The notes below the pieces were generated by a model, which saw nothing but the letters and a program-made list of their open reading frames with translations, was not told the DNA's origin and made no database searches. Below, in pieces: positions 51,885-64,000 of a DNA stretch of 64,000 nt. Location of the stretch: contig OX597817.1 in the NCBI GenBank assembly GCA_951406725.2, positions 80,228,001-80,292,000 of the forward strand, in the 5' to 3' direction. A program made the translations under genes and the position numbers. Numbering within the stretch: position 1 is the first letter of the stretch; the number at the start of each line of letters is the position of its first letter. Origin of the DNA: Octopus vulgaris. Lineage: Eukaryota.

Positions 51885-52790
51885 TGCAGGTCAGGTGTGG
51901 AGACATGCGCCTTTGCAGGGTGTTGCTGCATTCACCATTTATCGGTATATTCCCAGGTCCTCTCGGGCAACTCTTCGAAGAGTTCCGTTTAGTCCCTGTC
52001 TCAATGAGGCAGCTCCTCATCTGCCGTGATCATGTGGTGTGTGGTCGTCCAATACTAGCCGTCAACCCAACCAGATCCCCAAGGAAGAGAACACGGTAAG
52101 CAGGGTCTAGCTCGGAAAATCGAGCAACATGACCAATTAGTCTGAGCTGGCACTTCTAAATCATTCAAGTAACTGTTTATGTCGACCTCCACAAGGTGTT
52201 TGACTTGGTGGATAGGGATGTGCTTTGGAAGATTTTGGAGTTGCGAGGTATATCTCCTCGACTAATTGGGCTGATGATGGTCTTGTACAGCGGATTTGTC
52301 GGTGCAGTTCGGATTCGGGGCTCAACATCTGACTATTTCTCAGTTAGATCTGAGGTCCCTCTGGGTTTTGCTTTGGCTACCAACGTTCACTATCTGCATG
52401 GATTAGGTACTTGGCCGAATGATGGTTCGATCACGTTGTGGTGCACTCATAAGTGAAACTAGGATTACAGAGCTAGATTTTATTAATGATGCATTTACTC
52501 TTACTGATTCTCTGGATGACTTAAGAGGTTTCTCTTTTCTCTGAGTAAGAGAAGTTAGAGTCTCTTGGGTGAAGACAAAGATCTAGTCCTTTGTTGGATT
52601 CATGGAGAACTCCAACTCGCCTGTATCTGTTGCGGGTGACAATCCCGAAGTTGTTGACGGCTTCACTTGTCTCGGTGGTGAGATTCATAGCGGCATCAGC
52701 TGCTAGTCTGAAGTCCTAAAAACGCATGGACGAGCTGGTGCAGTTGGGGATTCAGTGGGCAAGGGAATTTGGCGCCGCTAATATCTGTAA
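51885..52790. mobile_element. RTE-clade LINE fragment with an internal inversion (3' end on minus 51885-52165; RT region on plus 52170-52790)
   Basis: Plus: VYVDLHKVFDLVDRDVLWKILELRGISPRLIGL..LYSG..AVR..SDYFSVRS..; minus: QLRLIGHVARF...DPAYRV..GRP-like, ending in an acctgacctg tail. Confidence 0.8.
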
Positions 52791-52832
52791 CAAAACAATT
52801 GAGTTTAATTTTATATATTCCATCACCTGATA

Positions 52833-53654
52833 CATTGTGTTCAGGCCAAATTTGACGGCTTTTTACGTCTCTCTTTTTTAATTTTCAGGAACAACTTGAT
52901 GTGTTGGCGAACAGCTTATGGTATTAGATAGCATAAACTGTGAAGTGATTGTTGGGAAAAAAGGTAGTTGACTTGGAGGAGAGAAAGCCATCTGAATACT
53001 GCAAGTTACCTGTATCATGATGATTCGCACTGGATATCAAAATGCTGACAACATGACTCCTACTCAATGCTCTATGAATACAGTAAAGGTTGTAAGAAGT
53101 GACATGGCCATCATGAAAACAAAGTTCCCTTAAACTGTGACGATTATGTGAGCTGCTGTAGTCTGTAGTAAAACCCGGGCTGTACAGGATTGCTTCTGGA
53201 AGGCTATATGTTAGGCAGTAGGATTCAGCTTCTTGCCAGACCTCTGGAGTCATAAGTGGTTGGAGAATTTCTACAACTTAACCAACCCCAAGTTCTGACC
53301 TACTAATTGTACGGACTGTAATCCCTTGGGATGTGGCGGGGCTGTATGTGGGGTACGGTTGAGAAAACTAGCAACTGCTTTGTCTGAAACACTAAGCCAA
53401 TCTGGCGGCCAAAATTAAGGAAGTTTTCGATGATCTTTCCAAGGTCAACAGTGACAAATGCCAGCGCTAGGTTCGGGAGCCGCGTTGAGGCCATGGTGAT
53501 AGTTGAAAGCGGCTGCTTAGAGCAAACTTTTATCTCCCAGTCATAATTTAGTTAATTTTCTTTCTTAATTTTTAAAATACTTTATTTTAGGATGGGATAT
53601 TGTGGGGTTTTTTTTCTTTTAATGCAAACAGTTAAATTTAGCTCATACACCCTG
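52833..53654 (+). mobile_element. Decayed Tc1/mariner-superfamily transposon (transposase C-terminus)
   Basis: Q*DSASCQTS..KWLENF..*PTNCTDCNPL..VWGTVE (cf. QQDSAP.H, WPP.SPD.NPLD, VWG); right TIR ..cacaccctg-like then TA; degenerate left TIR. Confidence 0.75.
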
Positions 53655-54173
53655 TATATGACATACGTCGTTGCGTATGAGTAAACATAACGAATCTTAA
53701 TGTGAAGATTTAGGTGAGGGAGGGATTTTATGCTACGAAAGACTACATCAAATTTAGCGGTCTGATAACTATAATAATCTGTTACTTATTAACCGTTGAC
53801 ATTACGGAAACACATTAATGGCTCCTTCCTATTCTGATCCTAAAGTATAGAGTATACACTAAGGAGATTTACCATTCTTCTGCAGCATTGGACACCCATA
53901 CCTTCATTAAAAAGTGATATTGTTTTCATTTCGGTTTAAGATTAATTTAGTTTGGATACTTTTCATTCTTCGTATATTTTACTGACTAATTAAATATGCA
54001 AAGCAATATCAAGCTCAGAAGGATACGAACAAAAGGTGATGACGCAAAAGACTGTAAAATTACGTAGAATTGTCGTCTAGAATTATTTAATACTAATTGT
54101 CGTCTAGAATAATTATTCAATACTAATGACTTGTAAGTACAACACCACACACGCACACATATGTATATAGACA

Positions 54174-54245
<72 letters not shown>

Positions 54246-54570
54246 CATACATACATACACATATATTATCACTCACATAAACACACTCAACACATATACA
54301 TACATACATACAAACAAACACACATACATACATACATATATATACACACACACACGAGATTTTCTATGTCCATTGTCTTTCTGAAGGACTTTAGTATCAC
54401 CTGTAAAGTGAAATTACTTCAACTATAAAGATTAGCACAAGATAATTATTATTGTTTCATTAATAATAACTAATGTTAGGGGCAATGTCTTAGAATATAC
54501 AATAAAAAGATGAGGCTTAATGATTTTCATGGCTTTCTTGAATTCGATTGTAATATAATTGATGTATAGT

Positions 54571-54786
54571 AAAGGCAGTGAAATGGCCGAATCTATAGCA
54601 CGCCGGACAAGATGCGCAGCGGTATTTCTTCCGTCTGTTCATTTCGAATTCAAATTCCGATAAGGTTGACTTTGCCTTTCATCGTTTCAGGGTCGATAAA
54701 TTAAGGACCTGTTGAGTATTGGGGTCAATGTAATCGACCTAATCCCTTCCCCCAAAGTGCTGGCCTTATACCAAAATTTGAAATCA
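54571..54786 (+). mobile_element. SINE family B, tail type 1
   Basis: aaggcagtgaaatggc..ggttgactttgcctttcatcgtttcagggtcgataaa..ggccttataccaaaatttgaaa. Confidence 0.82.
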
Positions 54787-55479
54787 GTATAACTGATATA
54801 CAGTTACGCGGTTTTTTCGGGGGGGGGGGGGGCTTTAGCAAAACAATGGAAGTAGAATCGAGTTGGAAACAAAGTATAGTTCATAGGTTTATGTTCAAAT
54901 AGAAAAAAAAAGAAATTTTTTTAATATCTCTTGCTAAATTTCACTACTGGAAGGATAAATTTCACCACAGGCAGGTACAGTGTAAGCAAAACATGTAAGA
55001 TATCTCTTATTAATATAATATTTGGATGCTTTTGAATTAGATATATACAATATATTTCTGTTTGAACCCAACGATGAATTTAATTATCCTTTGTTACTTA
55101 AAATTAGTTTCAGGCATAGATCCATTTCCAATATTTTGAAAAGGGATAATAGCTTTGTTTCTTAATCCTAAAGTCGTGTGTGTGTATGCATACTCACACA
55201 CACACGCATATAAAATTGCAGACGATAGTTCCGCAATTTCTTGCAGAACAACTACACAAGTGATTTCTTTAGAGTGATTTAAATGCTGGTTTACATAAGC
55301 TCATTCTCTCCATCAAATCGAAATTACCTGTACCAGATGCAGAAAAGTGCCACACATGTGATAACGAAATAATCGCTAAGCAACGTAAAATAAAGTGTTT
55401 TGTTAAAGAACACAACGTGCAGCTCGCTCCGGGAATAGAACCCACGATTGTGAGTGAAGCACTAGACAATATGTCACAA

Positions 55480-56340
55480 AAATAACAGAACAAGGGTGAG
55501 AAAGTTTTAACAAATATGCTACTTTAACACTCAACACGGGAAAGCGTCATAACCTTTTGGACATTAGTCCTTCATCAGAAAACAGCAGGAATGAGAAAAA
55601 ACATGAAAATCTGCTAGAGGCCAGGTGAAAATGCGGTTCTAAGGGGTGAAATTAAGAAAAGAGGAACCGGGTGGTATTACATGTATAAGAGGATATCCAC
55701 TACGTTGTGAGTTCAAATTCCGCCGGGGTCGACTTTGCCTTTCATCCTTACGGGGTCGTTTAAATAAGTACCAGTTACGCACTGGGGTCGATATAATCGA
55801 CTAAATCCGTTTGTCTGTCCTTGTTTGTTCCTTCTGTGTTTAGCCCCTTGTGGGTAGTAAAGAAATAGGTATGGGCCGAGTGTTGCTTCTTGGTGTGTGT
55901 GGCAGTGAGTGGTGGAATGAAATGAAGTGGCGTGGAATAGTGGTGGTGTAGGAGGATAGTGAGGAGGCTTAAGCGTCGTGGGGGAGAGAATGTGGCAGGT
56001 GTGAATGAGTGGTGCGAATGAAGGTAAAAGGAATGTAGTATTTTCCATCTAAGTATCATACTTAATGTAAATATAAAGCTGAAAAGCAAAGTTACGGCGA
56101 ATTCATTCGGAAATTGCATCTCGTATGGACGTGCTGTGTTTAAAAACACAATATATATCGGAGAGAGACGAACATCGTCCCAGCATTCAATGAGAACACC
56201 AACTGCGTTTCTACATCATCGTCTGTAGCCTATCCTCACAACTAGCCACATGCTTAAACGAAATTATCTGTCACCGATATATACAATAACATTGAATAAG
56301 CATTCACCGGTGTTGCAAATGGCTGTCCGGCTGAATAAAA
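55480..56340. mobile_element. Possible decayed Penelope-like element interrupted by SINE B
   Basis: Minus strand CTGATGA-A-GGAC-TAAT-GTCC-aaaagg (mutated hammerhead, 55550-55578); plus strand IYIGE (GIY-YIG-like) at ~56152-56166. Confidence 0.4.
55700..55871 (+). mobile_element. SINE family B, 5'-truncated, tail type 2
   Basis: Matches 36862-37010. Confidence 0.85.
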
Positions 56341-56660
56341 ATACGTTATATTCATAAGAAACAGCATCAGATTAAATTAACTCTCTTTATATCATATTTT
56401 ACATAAATCCATTACTGAAGGCTTAGTTTTTGGCGGTATTTGTTGGGAGATAATCTCTTAGATCTGCATTGTGCTTATAAACGTTTTTATATATTAGGGG
56501 AGGGGGAACGTTATATAATGATATATAACATTCGCAACGGCGAGTGGGAGCAAATGCATTTCCATCTCTCTGGAGATTGTCAATAGCACTTACACACACA
56601 TACACACTTTTATATATATATATATATATATAAATAATTATATATATATATATAAATAAT

Positions 56661-56715
<55 letters not shown>

Positions 56716-56717
<2 letters not shown>

Positions 56718-56980
56718 TGGCATAATGGCCTAGTGGTTAGGGCAGCGGACTCGCGGTCGCAGGATCGCGGTTTCGATTCCCAGACCGGGCGTTGTGTGTG
56801 TTTATTGAGCGAAAACACCTAAAACCTCCACGAGGCTCCGGCAGGGGGTTGGTGATCCCTGCTGTACTCTTTCACCAATCTTTCTCCCACTCTTTCTTCT
56901 GTTGGCCTGCTCGCTTAGCCAGCGGGGTGGCGTCATTTGAAGGCTAAAACAATGCGAACGCATTGTGACCAGCGATGTGT
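56716..56980 (+). mobile_element. SINE family C' with the alternative tail
   Basis: tggcctagtggttaggg..gtttcgattccc head; tail shared with 473-592 and 61670-61814. Confidence 0.88.
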
Positions 56981-57240
56981 ATATATATTATATAAAATCC
57001 GTTCTGTCTGTCTGTCTGTCTGTGTGTCTTCTAGGGTCTCGAACATCCTCCATCCGATTCCGCTCAAATTTGATACGTAGATACCGACGGTATCAGAGCG
57101 TGTAGAAGTCTTGAAAAAATTACAAAAGCGATTCGAGGTGAGAATGCGATCGATAAAGCCGTGAGAACGTGCATTTATAAAATCGTTTTTCTTGGAATAC
57201 AAAAAAGTCTATCTTTATTTCTTCTTTTGCTGATGTCTCA
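56981..57240 (+). mobile_element. Non-autonomous Helitron-like 5' region
   Basis: ..tatataaaatc, (GTCT)n, ccgatt...caaatttg layout typical of small Helitrons; truncates the C' tail; no 3' CTAG seen. Confidence 0.5.
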
Positions 57241-57367
57241 AATTTATGTTAAATCAGTGTTTCTCAGAGGGGAAGCCCATGGGATGGTCGGACAAGTTGT
57301 TCTGAGAAAATTTGGTTTAAATGTTTGACAAATCACCACCGTCCATTGCACGGGGGGCATTTTGCTC

Positions 57368-57439
<72 letters not shown>

Positions 57440-57446
57440 ATATATA

Positions 57447-57560
57447 AGGGTAAATAACTATTAATTTTAAAAATCAAAAATTATTACCGAGTAGTTTCGG
57501 TATGGAAATATAACCATTATCGGTAGGAACTTTTACAAAAAGTTATCCCTCTCTTTCTAT
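57447..57560 (-). mobile_element. Short (TA)n-flanked insert with a hammerhead-like remnant
   Basis: Minus strand taCCGATAATggttat..ataccGAAACTACTCggta. Confidence 0.35.
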
Positions 57561-57603
57561 AATATATATATAGATAGATATAAATACATATATATATATA
57601 TAT

Positions 57604-57668
<65 letters not shown>

Positions 57669-57706
57669 CATATATATGTATATATACATACATATATATA
57701 CATACA

Positions 57707-57785
<79 letters not shown>

Positions 57786-58200
57786 GGGGGATGATAATGT
57801 GCCGCTAGAAGTCATACCTTCATAAGAGTTACAATTTTTCTACATTGCAACACTGAAACCAATGATGTAGGGAAACAAAGATCTGACAAGTATCCAACTA
57901 CAAATCCAATTTGTTATACAAAACAATAGGAGATCGCTCAAACTGCAGAAGTCATCTTTAAAATTAACTTATGTACTTAGTTGCAATAATAATTACATTG
58001 ATAAATATTTTATAATGGTACCAAAAATACTTTTTTTACGTGCAAAACGATTAGCGTGAACACACAATGAAACTGAGAATAATCAGATTTGGAGCTGCAA
58101 TATATATAAGGATTTATGAATATAGATAATACAAAGAGACAGTTAAAAGAGAAATATCGAGCAATATATCGAAATACAGTCAATCACAAAATATGGTATG

Positions 58201-58255
<55 letters not shown>

Positions 58256-58393
58256 AACATACAAACGCACATCTACAAGCACACAAACTCACTGACTTAA
58301 GTACGAAAAGACGCACACACACACACATAAAAAAGAATAGATATATGAGTGTGTATTTTAAGCTATATGTATGTATGTACGTATGTATGTATG

Positions 58394-58462
<69 letters not shown>

Positions 58463-58500
58463 AACTTGGAAAATATTATAAATATATATATATATATATA

Positions 58501-58590
58501 AACCGAAGAGATGGTGTTGTGGATTTCCACTTCGGCATCTGAAACTCAGAGTTTTATCTTGACTATCGAGTAATGTAACATATTATTGTA
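58501..58590 (+). ncRNA. Hammerhead-like variant (CCGAAGA core) directly after (TA)n
   Basis: CCGAAGA-GATG..GTGGA-TT-TCCAC..CATC-T-GAA-ACTC-A-GAGT-T; quasi-palindromic stem III; stem I weak. Confidence 0.45.
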
Positions 58591-59024
58591 TAGATATATA
58601 TAGATAGATAGATTGATAGATAGACAGATAGATATAGATATATAGATTGATACATAGATAAATAGACAGATTGCTAAATATGTGTGTGCGTTTGTGTGTG
58701 TGTGTGTGAGTATATGAATGTATTTATATATATTATATGTGTTTAGTATAAGTATATTAAATTGGATGTTTATATGTATATTAGGACTTTTGTGTTCGTG
58801 TGTGTTTATGTGTGTCTGTGTCTGCATTACATATTCTCCCGAATCTATTCCTTCTTTTACCAGTAGATGATTTGAAATGTCTACTTTTCAAGTGACTTTT
58901 TCGACCATAAATTTAAAATCGTAAATTCCAGAAATAGCTTAAATTCACGCTGCATGGAAAAATAAATCTCTGACTCTTAAGTTCGTTCGTATCTCTGGCC
59001 TTGAGTCACTTTTTAACAGTAATA

Positions 59025-59420
59025 ATTTGTGTGACAAGAAGCATGTCTCCTAAGCGCATGGTTGCGGCTTCAGTCCTAATGCGCGGCAGCTTTGGCAAGC
59101 GCATTCTACCATAGCCTCGAGTCGATCAAACTCTTGTGAGTGGATTTGGTAGACGAAAACGGAAAGGAGACTGTCGTATGTATAGATATTTGTGTGTGTA
59201 TGTGTATCTTTGTTTGTCCCCACGCCATCGTTTGACAACCGATGCTGGTGTGTTTATGTCCCCGTAAATTAGCGGTTTGGCAAAAGAGTTCGATTAAATA
59301 AGTCCTAGGCTTACAAAGAATAAGTACTGGGATCGATTTCTTCGACTAAATCCTTTAAGGCAGTGCTCCAGCATGGCTGCAGTCAAATGACGGAAACAAA
59401 AAAAGAAAAGAAAAAGAATA
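59025..59420 (+). mobile_element. SINE family A
   Basis: Collinear with 11600-12015. Confidence 0.85.
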
Positions 59421-59943
59421 AAAAATAAGGATATGAGCATATATGTATCTAAACGTAAGTACACGAGTCTGTATGTTTGTATATTTATTTCCTACCTTAA
59501 TGAATGAGGTATGAATCAAAGATGCCTGTAACTAATATAGTCATTCAAATATAGGAGAATAGATACAGCTGAAGTTCTGCATAGCATTTACAAGGTAATT
59601 TTCTGTTTTGGCAATTTCCTGGCTATTTAGCAAACATTAGCAGAAACCAACATGGAAATATTGTTTCCCCATAAAGTAGAATTATACTACTACACACAAA
59701 CATTAAATAGAAGAACGTCCGACTCATTGACAATGCCTTATTCACCAGATGACTATGGTATGAGACGTGTTGGCACAGCTGCTCTGGCCTCATCTATTTG
59801 ACACCGATGATTTGAGGCTGACTTACTTGACATCAGACACTTTAATGTTCCTCCACTTTTAATTTTTCTGTTTCCCTTCCCCCCTCTCTCCTCTCTCCCC
59901 ACACACATAATTACATAGATATGTGGGTATACACATTTGTATG

Positions 59944-59985
<42 letters not shown>

Positions 59986-60952
59986 TGCGTGTATGTTTGT
60001 GTGTGTTTATGTGTTTCATTAAATATACATTAAATATAGGTTTATGTCGAGTTTTATGTTTTTATTTTAGATTTTTCATATTTTCGTATTATCTTTTATT
60101 GCGACAAAGAAAACAACACGGGCTAATGTTGCAAGATGTTAATAGTCAATGCATCATCAATACCATCATCTTCATTATCGTCATCATTATCAATATAATC
60201 TCATAATCATCATCATCATCATCAATATCATCATCATCATCAACATTCTCGTCGTTGTCGTCGTCATCACCATTATCAACTTTGTGATTGTTGCCGATTT
60301 CGTCATAGTCATCATCATCATCATCATCACCATCATCATCTTTCTCCATGATTTTCATCATTGTTTCATCACGGGCTCATCATCAATCTCCACCTCATCA
60401 TAAGATTCATGATGCTTATCAGCCTCTTCATCATGATCATAATCCCCTTCTTCAACACCCATCTCTCATCTTATTCTCCCATTATCACTTTCACTTATCG
60501 TTGTCACCACTAATAAACACATCACTGTATAATTCTGTGGCTTTTACTGAATTTTTACCACGTTTTTATTCGTATTAATATGTTTTTCTTAATCTATTTC
60601 TATTTTCTTTTTTCTTAATCTTTGAATACTCATCTGTGATTAACAATGTATCTATATTAATACATCATATACTCATGCCCTTAAAGCAAAATGGTCATCT
60701 CCTGTCAATATCCTTACCCACATTATCGTTAAAAAAAATAGCAGACATAATAAATGCACGCAAAACAAATATAGAACCATCAGGTTTTCTCATCATGTCA
60801 GTTTTTTGATATAGAAAAGATAACATATACGCACACAATTATGCGCACACACATACGCGCACAGTCCGATTCGTCTATATACGTATGTATCAACACGTAC
60901 GCATGCACGCACACATATATACACATACACTCAAATATATATGTATATATTC

Positions 60953-61346
60953 TTTTATTCTTTTATTTGTTTCAGTCATTTGACTGTGGCCATGCTGGAG
61001 CACCGCCTTTAGTCGAGGACTTATTCTTTGTAAGCCTAGTACTTATTCGATCGCGTCTCTTTTGTCGAACCGCTAGGTTACAAGGACGTAAAGACACCAG
61101 TTATCAATCTATGTTGGGGGGACAAACACAGACACACAAACATATACACACACATGCACATACAGATATATATATATATATATATATACGACGGGCTTCT
61201 TTCAGTTTCCATCTACAAAATCCACTCACAAGGCTTTGGTCAGCCCGAGGCTATAGTAGAAGACACTTGACCAAGGTGCCACGCAGTGGGACTGAACCCA
61301 GAACCATATGGCTGGTAAGCAAGTTGCTTATCACACAGCCACTCCT
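60953..61346 (-). mobile_element. SINE family A
   Basis: Reverse complement of 11600-12015. Confidence 0.88.
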
Positions 61347-61407
61347 GTACATATATATATATATGTATACATATATATATATTTTCATATATGAATTAAC
61401 GCCTACT

Positions 61408-61461
<54 letters not shown>

Positions 61462-61470
61462 TACATACAT

Positions 61471-61658
61471 CGCCATGATAGATCGTTAGCCACTACAGAT
61501 ATTTTTTTCTCTCCTTGTTTTTTCTATGTCCCTTTCTGTAGAAGAGCGTAGGCTCGAAGCATAAAATACTTTTTCTATTCCTGAGCGTTATACTAATACA
61601 TGTGTTTGTTTTGTACACCACCTGTCTTTGTGTTTTGTTTTTTTCGTAAACTCTCCCT
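61471..61658 (+). mobile_element. Penelope-like pLTR fragment (family E), hammerhead-like motif at 61536-61560
   Basis: cctttCTGTAGAAGAGCGTAGGCTCGAAGC; ends ctctccc-(TA)n like 47825. Confidence 0.7.
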
Positions 61659-61669
61659 ATATATATATA

Positions 61670-61811
61670 TGACCGACCAGACCATCAGATGTTGTTACAC
61701 ATCGCTGGTCACAATGCGTTCGCATTGTTTTAGCCTTCGAATGACGCCACCCTGCTGGCTAAGCGAGCAGACCAACAGACGATAGAGTGAGAGAAAGAGT
61801 GGTGAAAGAGT

Positions 61812-61814
<3 letters not shown>
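61670..61814 (-). mobile_element. SINE C' 3' portion, between (TA)n and (CA)n
   Basis: Reverse complement of 56863-56980 plus terminal ggtctggtcggtca. Confidence 0.85.
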
Positions 61815-61881
<67 letters not shown>

Positions 61882-61904
61882 GCATACACAGATACGCATC
61901 TACT

Positions 61905-61947
<43 letters not shown>

Positions 61948-62057
61948 TCATGCGTGTGTAACGAAAGTATAACGATGTCAAAATTGATAAAGTGTAAGAT
62001 AAACAACGGACACGTAAAAAATAAAAATCATTAAACAACAACAACGACGAACAATGA

Positions 62058-62271
62058 TCCTTTCTACAATAGGCATAAGATCTGAAATGTTGAATAGTGG
62101 GCTGAAATGTTGGATAGGCCCCAGTACTCAGCTGGTACTTATCTCATCAACTCCGAAAGGACGAAAGGCAAAGTCGGTGTTGGTGGAATTTGAACCCAGA
62201 AGACAAAGCCAGAAGAAAAAATCACTATGCATTTTGTCTGCGGTGCTAACAATTCCATCACCTCACCGCCG
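62058..62271 (-). mobile_element. SINE family B, diverged
   Basis: ctggtacttatctcatcaactccgaaaggacgaaaggcaaagtcg..ggaatttgaacc..tcaccgcc. Confidence 0.78.
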
Positions 62272-62282
62272 TAATAATAATG

Positions 62283-62341
<59 letters not shown>

Positions 62342-62416
62342 GCCAGGAGAAAAAATCACTATGCATTTTGTCTGCGGTGCTAACAATTCCGTCACCTCAC
62401 CGCCGTAATAATAATG

Positions 62417-62480
<64 letters not shown>
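62205..62480. repeat. Tandem duplication, period 134 bp (SINE B head plus (TAA)n)
   Basis: aaagccag.agaaaaaatcactatgc..ccgccgtaataataatgataat starts at 62205 and at 62339; 2 substitutions in the unique part. Confidence 0.9.
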
Positions 62481-62482
<2 letters not shown>

Positions 62483-62989
62483 TTTTGTCTTGGTATAAAA
62501 GATGGGCTGTTTTGTCTTGGTATAAAAGATGGGCTACAGCAAATATTCTGCTCAATACCACAGATTTGCTTGTCAGTTGTTTGACCTTAACCAGTTGAGC
62601 ATGTCCCTTAGTGGCTGACGATATGTGCATCTCTGATCACGAGCAGAAGTAGTGGGGGAGCATCATAGCCATGTGTTGAGAGGGATTCTTTGGGGTTTGA
62701 ATGATTCACCTCTGGAAACATGGGTGGTTCTTTCAACATCCTTAAACAACCCTTATTCAGGGACCGTTTGAGCGGGATGGGCTACTCAACCTGAAGAAAA
62801 TTCTAACTGGGCCCCACCTGCAAGGTCATGTGCTGTTTATCTTGATATGAGATCACCATGTCGCGCACATATGGTTGTGATGCATGTGCCTGGTGTACCT
62901 TTATCAGACGGGTAGTCATGATGGGTATATTGGGTTTCGTATATTTTACCCCAGTGTCACTTTGATGGCATGAACTGCTCTCTCACTCA
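62481..62989 (+). mobile_element. Element D, 5'-truncated, first 27 bp duplicated
   Basis: tgttttgtcttggtataaaagatgggc twice (62481-62534); (TAA)n on both sides. Confidence 0.9.
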
Positions 62990-63016
62990 ATAATAATAAT
63001 AATAATAATAATAATG

Positions 63017-63105
<89 letters not shown>

Positions 63106-63109
<4 letters not shown>

Positions 63110-63705
63110 GCCCTGATGCAGTTACCAATGCCCTGATGCAGTTATAAATGCCCTGATGCAGTTACCAGGCAGTGGCGCTCGCGGCTTCTGATCTTAACTG
63201 ATTGGAAGTGTCATCATGTACATTGTTTTGTCTTGGTATAAAAGATGGGCTACAGCAAATATTCTGCTCAATATCACAGATTTGCTTGTCAATTGTTTGA
63301 CCATAACCAGTTGAGCATGTCCCTTAGTGGCTGACGATATGTGCATCTCTGATCACGAGCAGAAGTAGTGGGGGAGCATCATAGCCATGTGTTGAGAGGG
63401 ATTCTTTGGGGCTTGAATAATTCACCTCTGGAAACATGGGTGCTTTGTTCAACATCCTTAAATAACCCTTATTCAGGGACCTTTTGAGCGGGATGGGTTA
63501 CTTGACCAGAAGAAAATTCTAACTGGTCCCCACCTGCAAGGTCAGGTGCTGTTTATCTTGATATGAGATCACCATGTCGCGCACATATGGTTGTGATGCA
63601 TGTGCCTGGTGTACCCTTATCAGACGGGTAGTCATGATGGGTATATTGGGCTTCGTATATTTTACCCCAGTGTCACTTTGATGGCATGCACTGCTCTCTC
63701 ACTCA
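63106..63705 (+). mobile_element. Element D, full length, first ~20 bp triplicated
   Basis: aatgccctgatgcagtta at 63107, 63127 and 63147; ends ctctctcactca-(ATA)n. Confidence 0.9.
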
Positions 63706-63717
63706 ATAATAATAATA

Positions 63718-63934
63718 ATCGTTTCTACAAAATGCATAATGCCTGAAATTTTAAGGACGGGTGATAGACAATTACATGTAATCAAGTGTTCAACTTGCAC
63801 TTATTTTGTCGACCCCGTGAGGATGAAAGGCAAAAACCAACGTCGGCAGCATTTGTACTTGCATAATGAAGCTGGACGAAATGCTACTAAGCAATTTGTC
63901 CGACGTGCTAATGGTTCCACCAGCTCGGCGCCTT
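63718..63934 (-). mobile_element. SINE family B, diverged
   Basis: cttattttgtcgaccccgtgaggatgaaaggcaaa..ccagctcggcgcctt. Confidence 0.75.
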
Positions 63935-64000
63935 AATGATAATAATAATAATAATAATAATAGTAATAGCAATAGTAATAATAACAATAATGATAATAAT

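Noticed and set aside
60841-61551. 236-aa ORF
   Set aside because: Reads through an antisense SINE A and (TA)n; the same pseudo-peptides recur at other SINE copies.
63107-63166. 20-bp direct repeats as a CRISPR-like array
   Set aside because: No spacers, eukaryotic context, and the repeat is the element's own 5' end.

Overview
Eukaryotic, AT-rich DNA that is saturated with microsatellites, with no supportable host protein-coding exon, rRNA or true tRNA gene. It is probably intronic or intergenic. The repeat families and microsatellite density suggest an Octopus (coleoid cephalopod) genome; this is inference from recalled families, not a database hit. Nearly every ORF in the supplied track is an artefact of translating microsatellites or SINEs. 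Contents: (1) at least four tRNA-headed SINE families, labelled here A, B, C and F (CORE-like and Meta-like domains), with shuffled heads and tails; (2) decayed RTE-type and restriction-like-endonuclease (RLE; R4/Dong-like) LINE ends; (3) mariner, Tc1, Tc2, Tigger, hAT and Helitron derivatives; (4) several Penelope-like element (PLE) fragments with hammerhead ribozyme motifs. One hammerhead is intact and canonical (12269-12352, minus strand); others carry recurrent core variants (A6U, U4C). The most unusual signals are: a young ~560-bp non-coding element ('D') that always sits in (TAA)n and shows iterative 5'-junction duplications; asymmetric inverted insertions anchored in (TA)n, one being a 76-bp-arm hairpin with a G-quadruplex motif; and a window-wide pattern in which each retroelement family occupies its own microsatellite type, often the one inside SINE A. 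All coordinates and alignments were made by eye.
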